The notes beneath the pieces were generated by a model. That model was given only the letters and a program-made list of their open reading frames with translations. It searched no databases and was not told the DNA's origin. Shown here in pieces: positions 17,866 through 25,482 of a stretch of DNA of 41,147 nt (position 1 is the first letter of the stretch; each line of letters opens with the position of its first letter). Both the position numbers and the translations under genes were made by a program. The stretch comes from Candidatus Berkelbacteria bacterium UBA1384 (GTDB lineage Bacteria; Patescibacteriota; UBA1384), in assembly GCA_002305395.1 (NCBI GenBank), contig DBQW01000039.1, forward strand, positions 7,651 through 48,797, in the 5' to 3' direction.

Positions 17866-18310
17866 TTACCGTTCGAGGGCTACTGCCCGAGAACTATCAG
17901 ACGTTGATACTACACCTCGCGCTGTAGCTTGCCCCGTCCGATTCTCTGGCGGGGTTCTCGCTTCCGCTCGAACAGTAACAGGTGCCACGGTCGTCGCCCT
18001 TATTGTTCGAGGTGTAATCGCCGAGAACTCCTGACCGGTAATATCAAAACTCACGCAAATAGTTCTCGCTTCCGCTCGAACAGTAACAGGTGCCACGGTC
18101 GTCGCCCTTATTGTTCGAGGTGTAATCGCCGAGAACTACTAGACGCTGATACTAGGACTAGCGTAATAGTTCTCACTGCGTTCGAACGGTAACAGGATTA
18201 TCGTTCGAGGTGTACCCACCGAGAACTACCTGCCGTTGATGTTACACCTGACCCGATAGTTCTCGCTCCCGCTCGAACAGTAACAAGATTATCGCCTCGC
18301 TCGAACAGCA
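17866..18310 (+). repeat. mosaic hairpin-repeat cluster C2 (8 units plus 1 partial, 1 H element)
   Basis: The pattern R-L-H-F-s-R-L-F-s-R-L-F-R-L-F has a period of about 107 nt. It contains two identical 75-nt F-s-R modules (17954-18028 and 18062-18136). Confidence 0.95.
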
Positions 18311-18340
18311 TTATCTTCTCTTTTAATATCTACTACAAAT

Positions 18341-19813
18341 TTATTTTATAAGCTCGGATAACGACCAATACACAAAGCCTTTTTTGCTTTTATCTGGCCA
18401 CCACTCTAGGTCTTCTGTGTCGCAAATTAAATAATTTTCTCCTCCGCTGATTTTACAATACGCACTGCGACTTGGTTGTTTAACCTTAGCGCCAGTTTTT
18501 CTATCGATGACATAAAAATCATTGCCACCAGGGTAATCAATCTCGTATCTACGGTGGATACTTAGCGGGCGATCAATCGTATTATAGAGATGCTTGGCAT
18601 CATTGTAACCTTGTTCATCTATCTCGATTATTTTTCCACTGATTAGGTCAATCTCTATGTATTGGTTGTAACCCTCTCTCTGGTTGATTGATACTGGCAC
18701 CTCGACCAGGATTGTATCTTTATCCTTACCGTTTTTAAACTGATCGCGCGAACGCAAGGCGTATGAATCGGTTGGCAAAACCGTGTGGCGGTTGCCGTTA
18801 CTATAGTATACCTGAGAAGGTCGCGGTATCACAACTCTTACCGTGCCCTTTCTCTTGTTATTAAAAACAGTATATTCTTCATGTCCGCCCACCATATTGG
18901 AGGATGCCGTAAAGCGAAATATAAAATAATCACCATAAATTTCTTCCGACACTCCTTTATACGCTTCGTAACTATAAGAGGCTGTACTAATAAAGGTTTT
19001 GGTTTTTTGCTTAAAGTCATAGTAGGCAATGTAATCATTTTCGTCAAAATACCAGATGCCGTCACCAGGAAAAACAATTCTATCCATTAAAGAAAGTGGG
19101 TGCGTAGAAGAGGTTGGGACAAAGGTCCACAGTTTACTATTTGTATAACTTTGATTTTGCCTCTCTAGTATCAGATTGTTTACTGGATTATAGGTTATCG
19201 CCGTTACAAGGGCAGGCAGCACCAGCAAAAGCAACATAACGCCTGCCAATTTTTTACCTGGTGCGGCGGGAATCTGCCTTGCTAAAGACCTTGCTTTTTT
19301 GAAGGCGAAAAATAATAGGATTAAAGAAACAATAACTGCTACCAGTGGTATAAGTATAGCCTCGGGGGGAATACCATAGTCGGCATGTAGCATAAACCAT
19401 ACCCAAAAAGATTCTATTATCGATATACAAATTAAGGAGCTAATTAATATAACAGATAACAACAGCTTGCGAAGGTAGCAAAATAATTCGTTCCTACTAA
19501 CTACAGTGTAGCGCGTTTGTATCAAATAATAAGCTATGGTCACGAGACAGGTAAATACAACGAGCACAATAGCCCCTATTACCGAGACTATCGAAACAAG
19601 TCTTGCAACATACAAGTACGTTAACAACGACACCAGCAAAACAGCCAACACATAACATATCCCTGCGTAAACTGTTCGTATGCGCACCTTATGGGTTGGA
19701 ACTGTTGATGACGATTGTGCTTGCGATGCTAGCGAACCTTCGCCTTGTGCTACATTATGCACAGGTGGTGAAGCTTTTTCCGACATTGCTAACCCCTCTT
19801 CTATTATGCCCAA
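18341..19813 (-). CDS. hypothetical membrane protein (N-terminal multi-TM region, C-terminal beta-rich domain)
   Basis: 490-aa ORF. It has several hydrophobic helices in the first 200 residues and an aromatic/charged C-terminal domain. Confidence 0.75.
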   Translation of the reverse strand: MGIIEEGLAMSEKASPPVHNVAQGEGSLASQAQSSSTVPTHKVRIRTVYAGICYVLAVLLVSLLTYLYVARLVSIVSVIGAIVLVVFTCLVTIAYYLIQTRYTVVSRNELFCYLRKLLLSVILISSLICISIIESFWVWFMLHADYGIPPEAILIPLVAVIVSLILLFFAFKKARSLARQIPAAPGKKLAGVMLLLLVLPALVTAITYNPVNNLILERQNQSYTNSKLWTFVPTSSTHPLSLMDRIVFPGDGIWYFDENDYIAYYDFKQKTKTFISTASYSYEAYKGVSEEIYGDYFIFRFTASSNMVGGHEEYTVFNNKRKGTVRVVIPRPSQVYYSNGNRHTVLPTDSYALRSRDQFKNGKDKDTILVEVPVSINQREGYNQYIEIDLISGKIIEIDEQGYNDAKHLYNTIDRPLSIHRRYEIDYPGGNDFYVIDRKTGAKVKQPSRSAYCKISGGENYLICDTEDLEWWPDKSKKGFVYWSLSELIK

Positions 19814-19834
19814 ATGATAAAAAATACTTTAGTA

Positions 19835-21523
19835 TTACCAGCTTCCGCCACCGCCACCGCCAAAGCCACCGCCACTAAAACCGCCACCGAAACCAGAGGA
19901 ATCACCACTTTGGGGGTGCGAGGCTAGCGCTGCTCCCATATTCGCGTTCATTCCCGAAAGGGTGTGGGCAAAGACCATAGTGTCAAAAGGGTGGCTCCCT
20001 ACATACCAATCTGGCGGGTTGACATCGAGCCCCTTAAAGGCCTTCGCCCATTTTCCTGTAAGGCCAAAAACAATTGCATAAGGCAAATATTTTGAAAAAA
20101 TATTTTTATCTTCTTCGAAGCGGGCGCGATACCTTTCGGCGGTATAAATAAACATACGAAACCCCTTTGTTTGCCTTAGCGCCTCTGCTCCCTCTTTAGT
20201 TTTGCGTGGCATAGAGAAGCCAAACCATAGTGCGAAAGGAGATAAAACAATGCTACAAATTATCGCTGCGGTGATACTGTCTGTTAATAGCCCGAGCAAA
20301 AACATCATTCCAATAGGCAACAAAAGGGCAAGTAAGGTATAACGTACCCGGGTGGAGTTGGGGTTTTCCTCAAAATACCCCTTATCCATAATCTCGTTAT
20401 AAAGGACACTTTTTAAGGCAGGGATGTGAACGTAAAAATTATTTTTCAGTTCGCTGATTTTTTTAGATTGCGTGTCGCTAAACACAGACGTAAGCAACAT
20501 TTTTTCAAAGTCAGAGAGGGGCTTAGTAGCACTTGGCACTCTTTTAAGGGTATAGTCTTTTCCTTTTTTTGGTTCGTGGATAGTAATATAGCCACGCGAT
20601 GCAAGTTGAATGATGCCTGCTGAAATATCGAGCATATCGACACGCTCGTCCTTAAGCACTCCCATCATCGATGGGGTGAGGCCGTCGGGGGGAGCAAATT
20701 CAGGCGCCACCGCCTTATTAACAAGCGGATCTCGACCGTGCGCACGCCATGTAAAGTAAAAAATAATCAGCGTAAGAACAAGTATAAAATAACTAATATT
20801 GTCGAATAAAAAACCGGTGGTTAGCGCTGCTTTACTAGGAGGATTAAGTGTTCCCTTGGGTGCACCAGCGACAACTGTTAATCCTTCGCCCGGGGTAAGA
20901 TTTTGCGCCAAAAAGTGTGCCCTTGCTCCTTCTGTTTCGGCAACGCAATTATTTTCTGTAGAGCCAGCTAAGCCCGAAAAACACAGTGTTTTAAGCGCCC
21001 CTCCCTTGGTGGGAAAATTAACCTCCGCTCTCGCACTCTCGATCGGCACCGACCAGTCGTTGCCCGTTACGTTCCAGTAAAGCTCATCATTTTCTAGAAA
21101 CCTAATTCCTCTTTTGATTTCGTACCTAATAACATAAGTTTGTTTGCCGGAAACAGTGATATCGGGATCGCCAATTTTAATAGTTTTTTTACCGAACCAG
21201 CCACTCGATTCGTACGGCAGTGGCGAGCCGTTAGCGTTAGTTACAGCAATAACTTTCATTTTTAGCTTGTAACTCTGGCCACTATTGTTGTAGTAGTTTA
21301 AAGGGATATAGCGATAAATACCGTGCTTTTGCTGTGTGCCAAAATCAACAGATAAGGTTTCTGTAATATCGAGGACTGCGTCTTCGCTAACGTTAATACT
21401 GCTCTTAAATTCCTCTATTTTCCAACCACTATCGCCTTCTTGTGCATAGGCGTATTGAAAAAACACACAGAATAGTGCCAAACACAAACTAACCGTGGCA
21501 ATCCATTTATCAATAATCTTCAT
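19835..21523 (-). CDS. DUF2207 domain membrane protein
   Basis: 562 aa. It has a signal peptide, the characteristic N-terminal ectodomain (..GIYRYIP.., ..YVIRYEI.., ..ELYWNVTGNDW..), TM helices and a Gly-rich C-terminus (GGGFSGGGFGGGGGGSW). Confidence 0.85.
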   Translation of the reverse strand: MKIIDKWIATVSLCLALFCVFFQYAYAQEGDSGWKIEEFKSSINVSEDAVLDITETLSVDFGTQQKHGIYRYIPLNYYNNSGQSYKLKMKVIAVTNANGSPLPYESSGWFGKKTIKIGDPDITVSGKQTYVIRYEIKRGIRFLENDELYWNVTGNDWSVPIESARAEVNFPTKGGALKTLCFSGLAGSTENNCVAETEGARAHFLAQNLTPGEGLTVVAGAPKGTLNPPSKAALTTGFLFDNISYFILVLTLIIFYFTWRAHGRDPLVNKAVAPEFAPPDGLTPSMMGVLKDERVDMLDISAGIIQLASRGYITIHEPKKGKDYTLKRVPSATKPLSDFEKMLLTSVFSDTQSKKISELKNNFYVHIPALKSVLYNEIMDKGYFEENPNSTRVRYTLLALLLPIGMMFLLGLLTDSITAAIICSIVLSPFALWFGFSMPRKTKEGAEALRQTKGFRMFIYTAERYRARFEEDKNIFSKYLPYAIVFGLTGKWAKAFKGLDVNPPDWYVGSHPFDTMVFAHTLSGMNANMGAALASHPQSGDSSGFGGGFSGGGFGGGGGGSW

Positions 21524-21591
21524 AGCTAAAGTTTAACACAAAAAAAACTTTTTAGTCCACTGGTTTATGACACAGATTGTGGCTATAGCTA

Positions 21592-21620
21592 TTGACTAAT
21601 AATATAAAATGTGGTACACT
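21592..21620 (+). promoter_or_regulatory. sigma70-type promoter, TTGACT-N17-(TGg)TACACT
   Basis: The -35 TTGACT is at 21592-21597, followed by a 17-nt spacer. An extended -10 TG precedes TACACT at 21615-21620. It lies 30 nt upstream of the ATG at 21650. Confidence 0.6.
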
Positions 21621-21649
21621 AGCCTGTCCCTTTGAAAGGAGGGATAGTT

Positions 21650-21865
21650 ATGAAGAAGCAGGGGGTGAGGCACATGATCCTCACCGCTGTACTGGTAGAT
21701 GTCCTGTGCCTCCTGGAGGTCGCCATCGGTCTTGGAGCGGCGGCCGCGATCCATTGGGTATGGCACCGTGCCATGCCCGAAAGCACCACCACAGTGTGGC
21801 AGATCTGGATCACGCTGGTGAGCCTGGCGCTCTTGCGATACAAGGTTAGTGAGATAATGACATAA
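21650..21865 (+). CDS. small two-TM hydrophobic protein (71 aa) in a GC-rich cassette
   Basis: ATG at 21650 lies 6 nt after AAGGAGGG. The product is MKKQGVRHMILTAVLVDVLCLLEVAIGLGAAAAIHWVWHRAMPESTTTVWQIWITLVSLALLRYKVSEIMT. The TTG at 21632 given by the ORF track lies inside the RBS. Confidence 0.6.
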   Translation: MKKQGVRHMILTAVLVDVLCLLEVAIGLGAAAAIHWVWHRAMPESTTTVWQIWITLVSLALLRYKVSEIMT

Positions 21866-21875
21866 GCACGTATTG

Positions 21876-21906
21876 GGGCTTGGGTCTTACCTAAGCCCTT
21901 TTCTTT
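21876..21906 (+). terminator. rho-independent terminator
   Basis: GGGCTTGGG-tctta-CCTAAGCCC (one G.U pair) is followed by TTTTCTTT, 10 nt after the stop codon. Confidence 0.7.
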
Positions 21907-21946
21907 AAGGTTCAGGCAGAGGCGAAAATTTCACCCGCAGCACTCA

Positions 21947-22501
21947 TTACTGTTCGAGCGGGAGCGAGAACTTTCCGTCATATCCATTATTGTTCGAGCG
22001 GAAGCGAGAACTACCGGGTCGGTTTCAATATCAACGCTTAGGAGTTCTCGGTGGGTATACCTCGAACAATAAAAAATGACGGCTGGGAGCTTGCCCCGCC
22101 CGGTCTCGGCGGGGTTCTCTCGAACGATGAAAAAATAACGACCGCTACCTCTTTACTGTTCGAACGTAGTGAGAACTTTTTTACTGTTCGAAGAGCATCC
22201 GCCGCAGGCGGAACGATGAGAACTATCACGTTAGTCCTAGCATCAACGGTAGATAGTTCTCGGGCAGTAGCCCTCGAACGATAAGGACGACGACCGTGGA
22301 CCCATTACCGTTCGAGCGGAAACGAGAACTTTCCGTGACCTCCTTTACCGTTCGAACGTAGTGAGAACTCTTGCACCAGTTCCAATATCAACGTCTAGTA
22401 GTTCTCGGTGGGTACACCTCGAACAATAAAAAAAGACGGCTGGGAGCTTGCTCCGTCCGTCAGTGGGCGGGGTTCTCGTCGCTTCGCGCCTCGAACAATA
22501 A
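21947..22501 (-). repeat. mosaic hairpin-repeat cluster C3 (about 11 units, 2 H elements), inverted orientation
   Basis: The + strand carries TTACTGTTCGAGCGGRAGCGAGAAC (F reverse complement) and GTTCTCGGTGGGTAYACCTCGAACAATAA (R reverse complement). It includes one hairpin-less unit (GTTCTCTCGAACGATGA) and one long-insert unit with CCGCC-gca-GGCGG. Confidence 0.95.
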
Positions 22502-22555
22502 ATTGATATCTTTATCATTTGTGGGTTCTCACCTAGTCCTCGTATGTTTATACTA

Positions 22556-22807
22556 CTATTTCCAAAAACCACTAATCAATTTTTCTTTTTTTATTCTTGA
22601 CCATCCTTTAATTTGTTTCTCTCTGCGAATTGCCGCGATCTCGGTTTTAAACTCTTGTTTCCACAAAATTCTTCTTGGTTTATTTTTAAAAGTATGTTTA
22701 GCACCTTGCTTATTGATATGTCGATACAGCCTCGAAGTTGTATTTTTAGTATGCCCAGTGTAATAACTACCATTATCACATAGCAAGATATAGGTATAAT
22801 ATCTCAT
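22556..22807 (-). CDS. GIY-YIG nuclease superfamily small protein (UPF0213/YhbQ-like)
   Basis: 83 aa. MRYYTYILLCDNGSYYTGHTKNTTSRLYRH..GAKHT.. matches the GIY-(x10)-YIG style core (YTYIL..YYTGHT) of stand-alone GIY-YIG proteins. Confidence 0.8.
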   Translation of the reverse strand: MRYYTYILLCDNGSYYTGHTKNTTSRLYRHINKQGAKHTFKNKPRRILWKQEFKTEIAAIRREKQIKGWSRIKKEKLISGFWK

Positions 22808-22867
22808 TGTATTTGCCCTTCGATAAACTCAGGGCATTCGACTTTTTATTACTTATAGTAAGTCGAA

Positions 22868-22957
22868 TGGCGGTGAGGGTGGGATTCGAACCCACGGACC
22901 CCTTGCGAGGTCAACACATTAGCAGTGTGCTGCTTTCGACCGCTCAGCCACCTCACC
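22868..22957 (-). tRNA. tRNA-Ser (anticodon GCU), class II with long variable arm, CCA encoded
   Basis: Hand fold: GGTGAGG TG GCT..AGC A GCACA CTGCTAA TGTGT (variable arm GACC..GGTC) GTGGG TTCGAAT CCCAC CCTCACC G CCA. Confidence 0.9.
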
Positions 22958-22970
22958 TTAACTACAAAAT

Positions 22971-22998
22971 ATTATAACCCATCGGGTTTGTTTATCAA
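22971..22998 (-). promoter_or_regulatory. sigma70-type promoter TTGATA-N16-TATAAT for tRNA-Ser
   Basis: Read on the minus strand, the -10 ends 14 nt upstream of the mature tRNA 5' end. Confidence 0.5.
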
Positions 22999-23050
22999 TA
23001 CCCGCGCCCCTCTCACGCAAGGGACAAGGCCAAATACGCACGGCGTGCTC

Positions 23051-23344
23051 TTACTTCTTCAGCTTGAGATCTTTAACTAATTTGGTGTAAACCTTTTCGT
23101 CTTTTCTGTGTAAATAGTTCAAAAGGCGCCTTCTTTTACCCACCAAAATCAAAAGTCCACGCTTGGAATCAAAATCGTGAATGTGTTTTGTTAAATGCTT
23201 TGCAAGCTGGCTGATTCTTTCTGTTAAAAGAGCAATTTGCACACTCGTTGAGCCGGTATCTTTCGCACTCGCCCGGTACTTTTTAACAAGGTCGGTTTGC
23301 TTATTTGCTCCTTCTTTAGTTTTACTTGCCACTTTTTCCGCCAT
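23051..23344 (-). CDS. rpsO: 30S ribosomal protein S15
   Basis: 97 aa with ..TGSTSVQIALLTERISQLAKHLTKHIHDFDSKRGLLILVGKRRRLLNYL.., a canonical S15 sequence. Confidence 0.95.
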   Translation of the reverse strand: MAEKVASKTKEGANKQTDLVKKYRASAKDTGSTSVQIALLTERISQLAKHLTKHIHDFDSKRGLLILVGKRRRLLNYLHRKDEKVYTKLVKDLKLKK

Positions 23345-23721
23345 TATTTCTCCTTCTTAACAGTTTTTGCCTTGGCTGTTTTTGTTGCTCTTTTAGGGGT
23401 TTTGCCCGCCACCTTCGAGGCACCCTTTTTGGTGGCTACTTTTTTAGTTGCCGTTTTTGCCTTTGCCTTGAGGGCAACAGCTTTTGTTGCCTTGGGGGTA
23501 ACCCCCACACTTTTTGCAAGTTTCGCCTTGAATCTCGCTGCCTTATTGGGGTGGATAATATTATTTTTCGCAGCTTTATCTATTTTGGAAAACGTAGCAT
23601 TAATATTTTGCGCATTCACCAAACGAAGCGCTTCTTTTAAAAGTTTTTTTTGATTTGCATTTCTTTTTTCTTTTCGCAAACTGGCGCGCAAAGCCTTTTT
23701 TGCCGACTTAATAATAGGCAT
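23344..23721 (-). CDS. rpsT: 30S ribosomal protein S20 with a K/A-rich C-terminal extension
   Basis: 125 aa. MPIIKSAKKALRASLRKEKRNANQKK.. is a canonical S20 N-terminus. The TAATG stop/start overlaps with rpsO. Confidence 0.9.
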   Translation of the reverse strand: MPIIKSAKKALRASLRKEKRNANQKKLLKEALRLVNAQNINATFSKIDKAAKNNIIHPNKAARFKAKLAKSVGVTPKATKAVALKAKAKTATKKVATKKGASKVAGKTPKRATKTAKAKTVKKEK

Positions 23722-23773
23722 TTTTTCTCTCTTTTGCTTTAATAATGGTAGTAATAACGCTTACTACTCTGCC

Positions 23774-23802
23774 ATTGTACCTCAATCTCTTGTCCTTGAC
23801 AA
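23774..23802 (-). promoter_or_regulatory. sigma70-type promoter TTGTCA-N17-TACAAT for rpsT-rpsO
   Basis: Read on the minus strand. Its -35 overlaps the -35 of the divergent + strand promoter. Confidence 0.55.
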
Positions 23803-23823
23803 GAGGGGCGTCTATGATATGAT
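23796..23823 (+). promoter_or_regulatory. sigma70-type promoter TTGACA-N16-(TGa)TATGAT for the DHH phosphoesterase gene
   Basis: The -35 is at 23796-23801 and the -10 at 23818-23823. The -10 contains the ATG at 23819 proposed by the ORF track. Confidence 0.5.
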
Positions 23824-23857
23824 AGTCAACCAAACAGCAGTTAATTATTTTTTTATT

Positions 23858-25102
23858 ATGGAATTATCGCCAAAACAACAAGCAGTCGAACTAATTCGTG
23901 CGAGCCACCGTGTTCTTATTGTTGCCCACGAAAACCCCGATGGCGACGCACTGGGAAGCTCCCTTTCTCTTGCCCTTGCTCTTAGCAAGCTTAAAAAAGA
24001 TGTAACCACCGCCATTGCCGGCCCCCTCCCCCCAGTTTATAGTTTTTTACCCAACATCGATATGGTTAATAACGAGGTATCGGGCGCAAAAGAATTTACA
24101 GTAACAGTAGATGTTAAAGATGTCGAAATAGAAAAGTTGGGCTACAAAACAGACGACAAAAAGAAAAAGTTAAGTATTATTATCTCTACCAGTTCTGGTA
24201 ATATCGAACCAAAAAACGTTACCCTTGGCGCAAGCACCACCCCTTATGACCTTATTATCGTTTTAGATTCACCCGATCTAGACAGGCTAAGCACAATTTA
24301 CGACAACAACCCCGACTTGTTTTACGATGTACCGGTTATTAACATCGACCATCACCCCTCTAACGAATACTTTGGTAAAGTAAATTGGATCGATGTAACA
24401 GCCGCGAGCACCTCGGAAATCCTTGTTTCCTTGATAGAGGCACTAAGTGCCCCCAATAAAGGAGAGCCAGCGCAAACACTTATGGACCCCGACATCGCCA
24501 CCCTCCTTTTAACAGGGCTTACAACAGACACAAACAGTTTTCAAAATGCAAATACCACCCCCAAAAGCTTAACCGTTGCGGCGCAGCTGGTGGCAAGCGG
24601 GGCGCGCCAGCAAGAGATAATTCGTAATATTTATAAAACCAAACCCCTTACCACGCTTAAACTATGGGGGCGAGCCTTGAGTAACTTACGCGAAGTTAGT
24701 GAGGCAGGTTTTGTTTTTGCTACCTTGGCAAGTGCCGATTTTGCTGACCTCGGAGCAGAAGAGCAAGAGGCAAGTGGCGTAATCGATGAGCTTATGAAGT
24801 CCACAGGAGGAGTAGATTTTGCCATGCTTATTAGCGAAAGAAATGGTGGTGTTCATGGCTCGTTGCGCTCCATAGACAAGGGGGTCGATGTCTCTACAAT
24901 TGCGCGCATTTTTGGCGGTGGCGGACACGATACTGCAGCTGCTTTCCACCTCGATAACACCACCCTAGAACGCGAGCTAGAAAGAATTATTACCAAAATT
25001 ACTTCTTTCCGCCAACGCAACACCAGCGCCGATGAGCGCCCGGCGGCAATGCCCGCCATTGAAATCGAGAAAAAGAGCCAAAACGGCTCCGATAAATGGT
25101 AG
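23858..25102 (+). CDS. nrnA: DHH/DHHA1 phosphoesterase (NrnA-like oligoribonuclease/pAp phosphatase)
   Basis: It carries ..ILIVAHENPDGDALGS.., ..NIDHHPSN.. and ..GGGGHDTAAAF.. motifs. I prefer the start at 23858 (MELSPKQQ..) because the ATG at 23819 lies inside the predicted -10 box. Confidence 0.8.
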   Translation: MELSPKQQAVELIRASHRVLIVAHENPDGDALGSSLSLALALSKLKKDVTTAIAGPLPPVYSFLPNIDMVNNEVSGAKEFTVTVDVKDVEIEKLGYKTDDKKKKLSIIISTSSGNIEPKNVTLGASTTPYDLIIVLDSPDLDRLSTIYDNNPDLFYDVPVINIDHHPSNEYFGKVNWIDVTAASTSEILVSLIEALSAPNKGEPAQTLMDPDIATLLLTGLTTDTNSFQNANTTPKSLTVAAQLVASGARQQEIIRNIYKTKPLTTLKLWGRALSNLREVSEAGFVFATLASADFADLGAEEQEASGVIDELMKSTGGVDFAMLISERNGGVHGSLRSIDKGVDVSTIARIFGGGGHDTAAAFHLDNTTLERELERIITKITSFRQRNTSADERPAAMPAIEIEKKSQNGSDKW

Positions 25103-25104
25103 GA

Positions 25105-25474
25105 TTATCGTTCGAGGTGTAATCGCCACGGTCGCCATTTTTTATCGTTCGAGGCGCAGAGCGCCGAGAACTTCCGATCGTTGATACTGGAACTCGCGCA
25201 GGAGTTCTCGCTTCCGCTCGAACAGTAAAGGGCATGACGAGTAGTTCTCGCTTCCGCTCGAACAGTAAAGAGGTAGCGGTCGTTATTTTTTCATCGTTCG
25301 AGAGAACCCCGCCGAGACCGGGCGGGGCAAGCTCCCAGCCGTCATTTTTTATTGTTCGAGGTGTAATCGCCGAGAACTCCTAAACGTTGATATTGAAACC
25401 GACCCGGCAGTTCTCGCTTCCGCTCGAACGGTAAAGGGGGTAACGGGGAGTTCTCGCTTCCGCTCGAACGGCAA
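25105..25474 (+). repeat. mosaic hairpin-repeat cluster C4 (about 8 units, 1 H element)
   Basis: It starts 3 nt after the stop at 25102 and ends 8 nt before the convergent stop at 25483. It contains the exact reverse complement of a 105-nt segment of C3. Confidence 0.95.
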
Positions 25475-25482
25475 CACGGCTA

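Noticed and set aside
21592-21849. Alternative ORFs in the GC-rich cassette (21592..21849 on +, 21619..21843 on -, and the TTG start at 21632).
   Set aside because: Only the ATG at 21650 has a correctly spaced strong SD downstream of the promoter. The others start upstream of, or inside, the promoter and RBS, or lack any RBS.
23819-23857. The N-terminal extension MIVNQTAVNYFFI of the DHH phosphoesterase, from the ORF-track start at 23819.
   Set aside because: The ATG at 23819 lies within the predicted -10 hexamer (TATGAT, 23818-23823) of the gene's own promoter. The start at 23858 gives a typical NrnA N-terminus.
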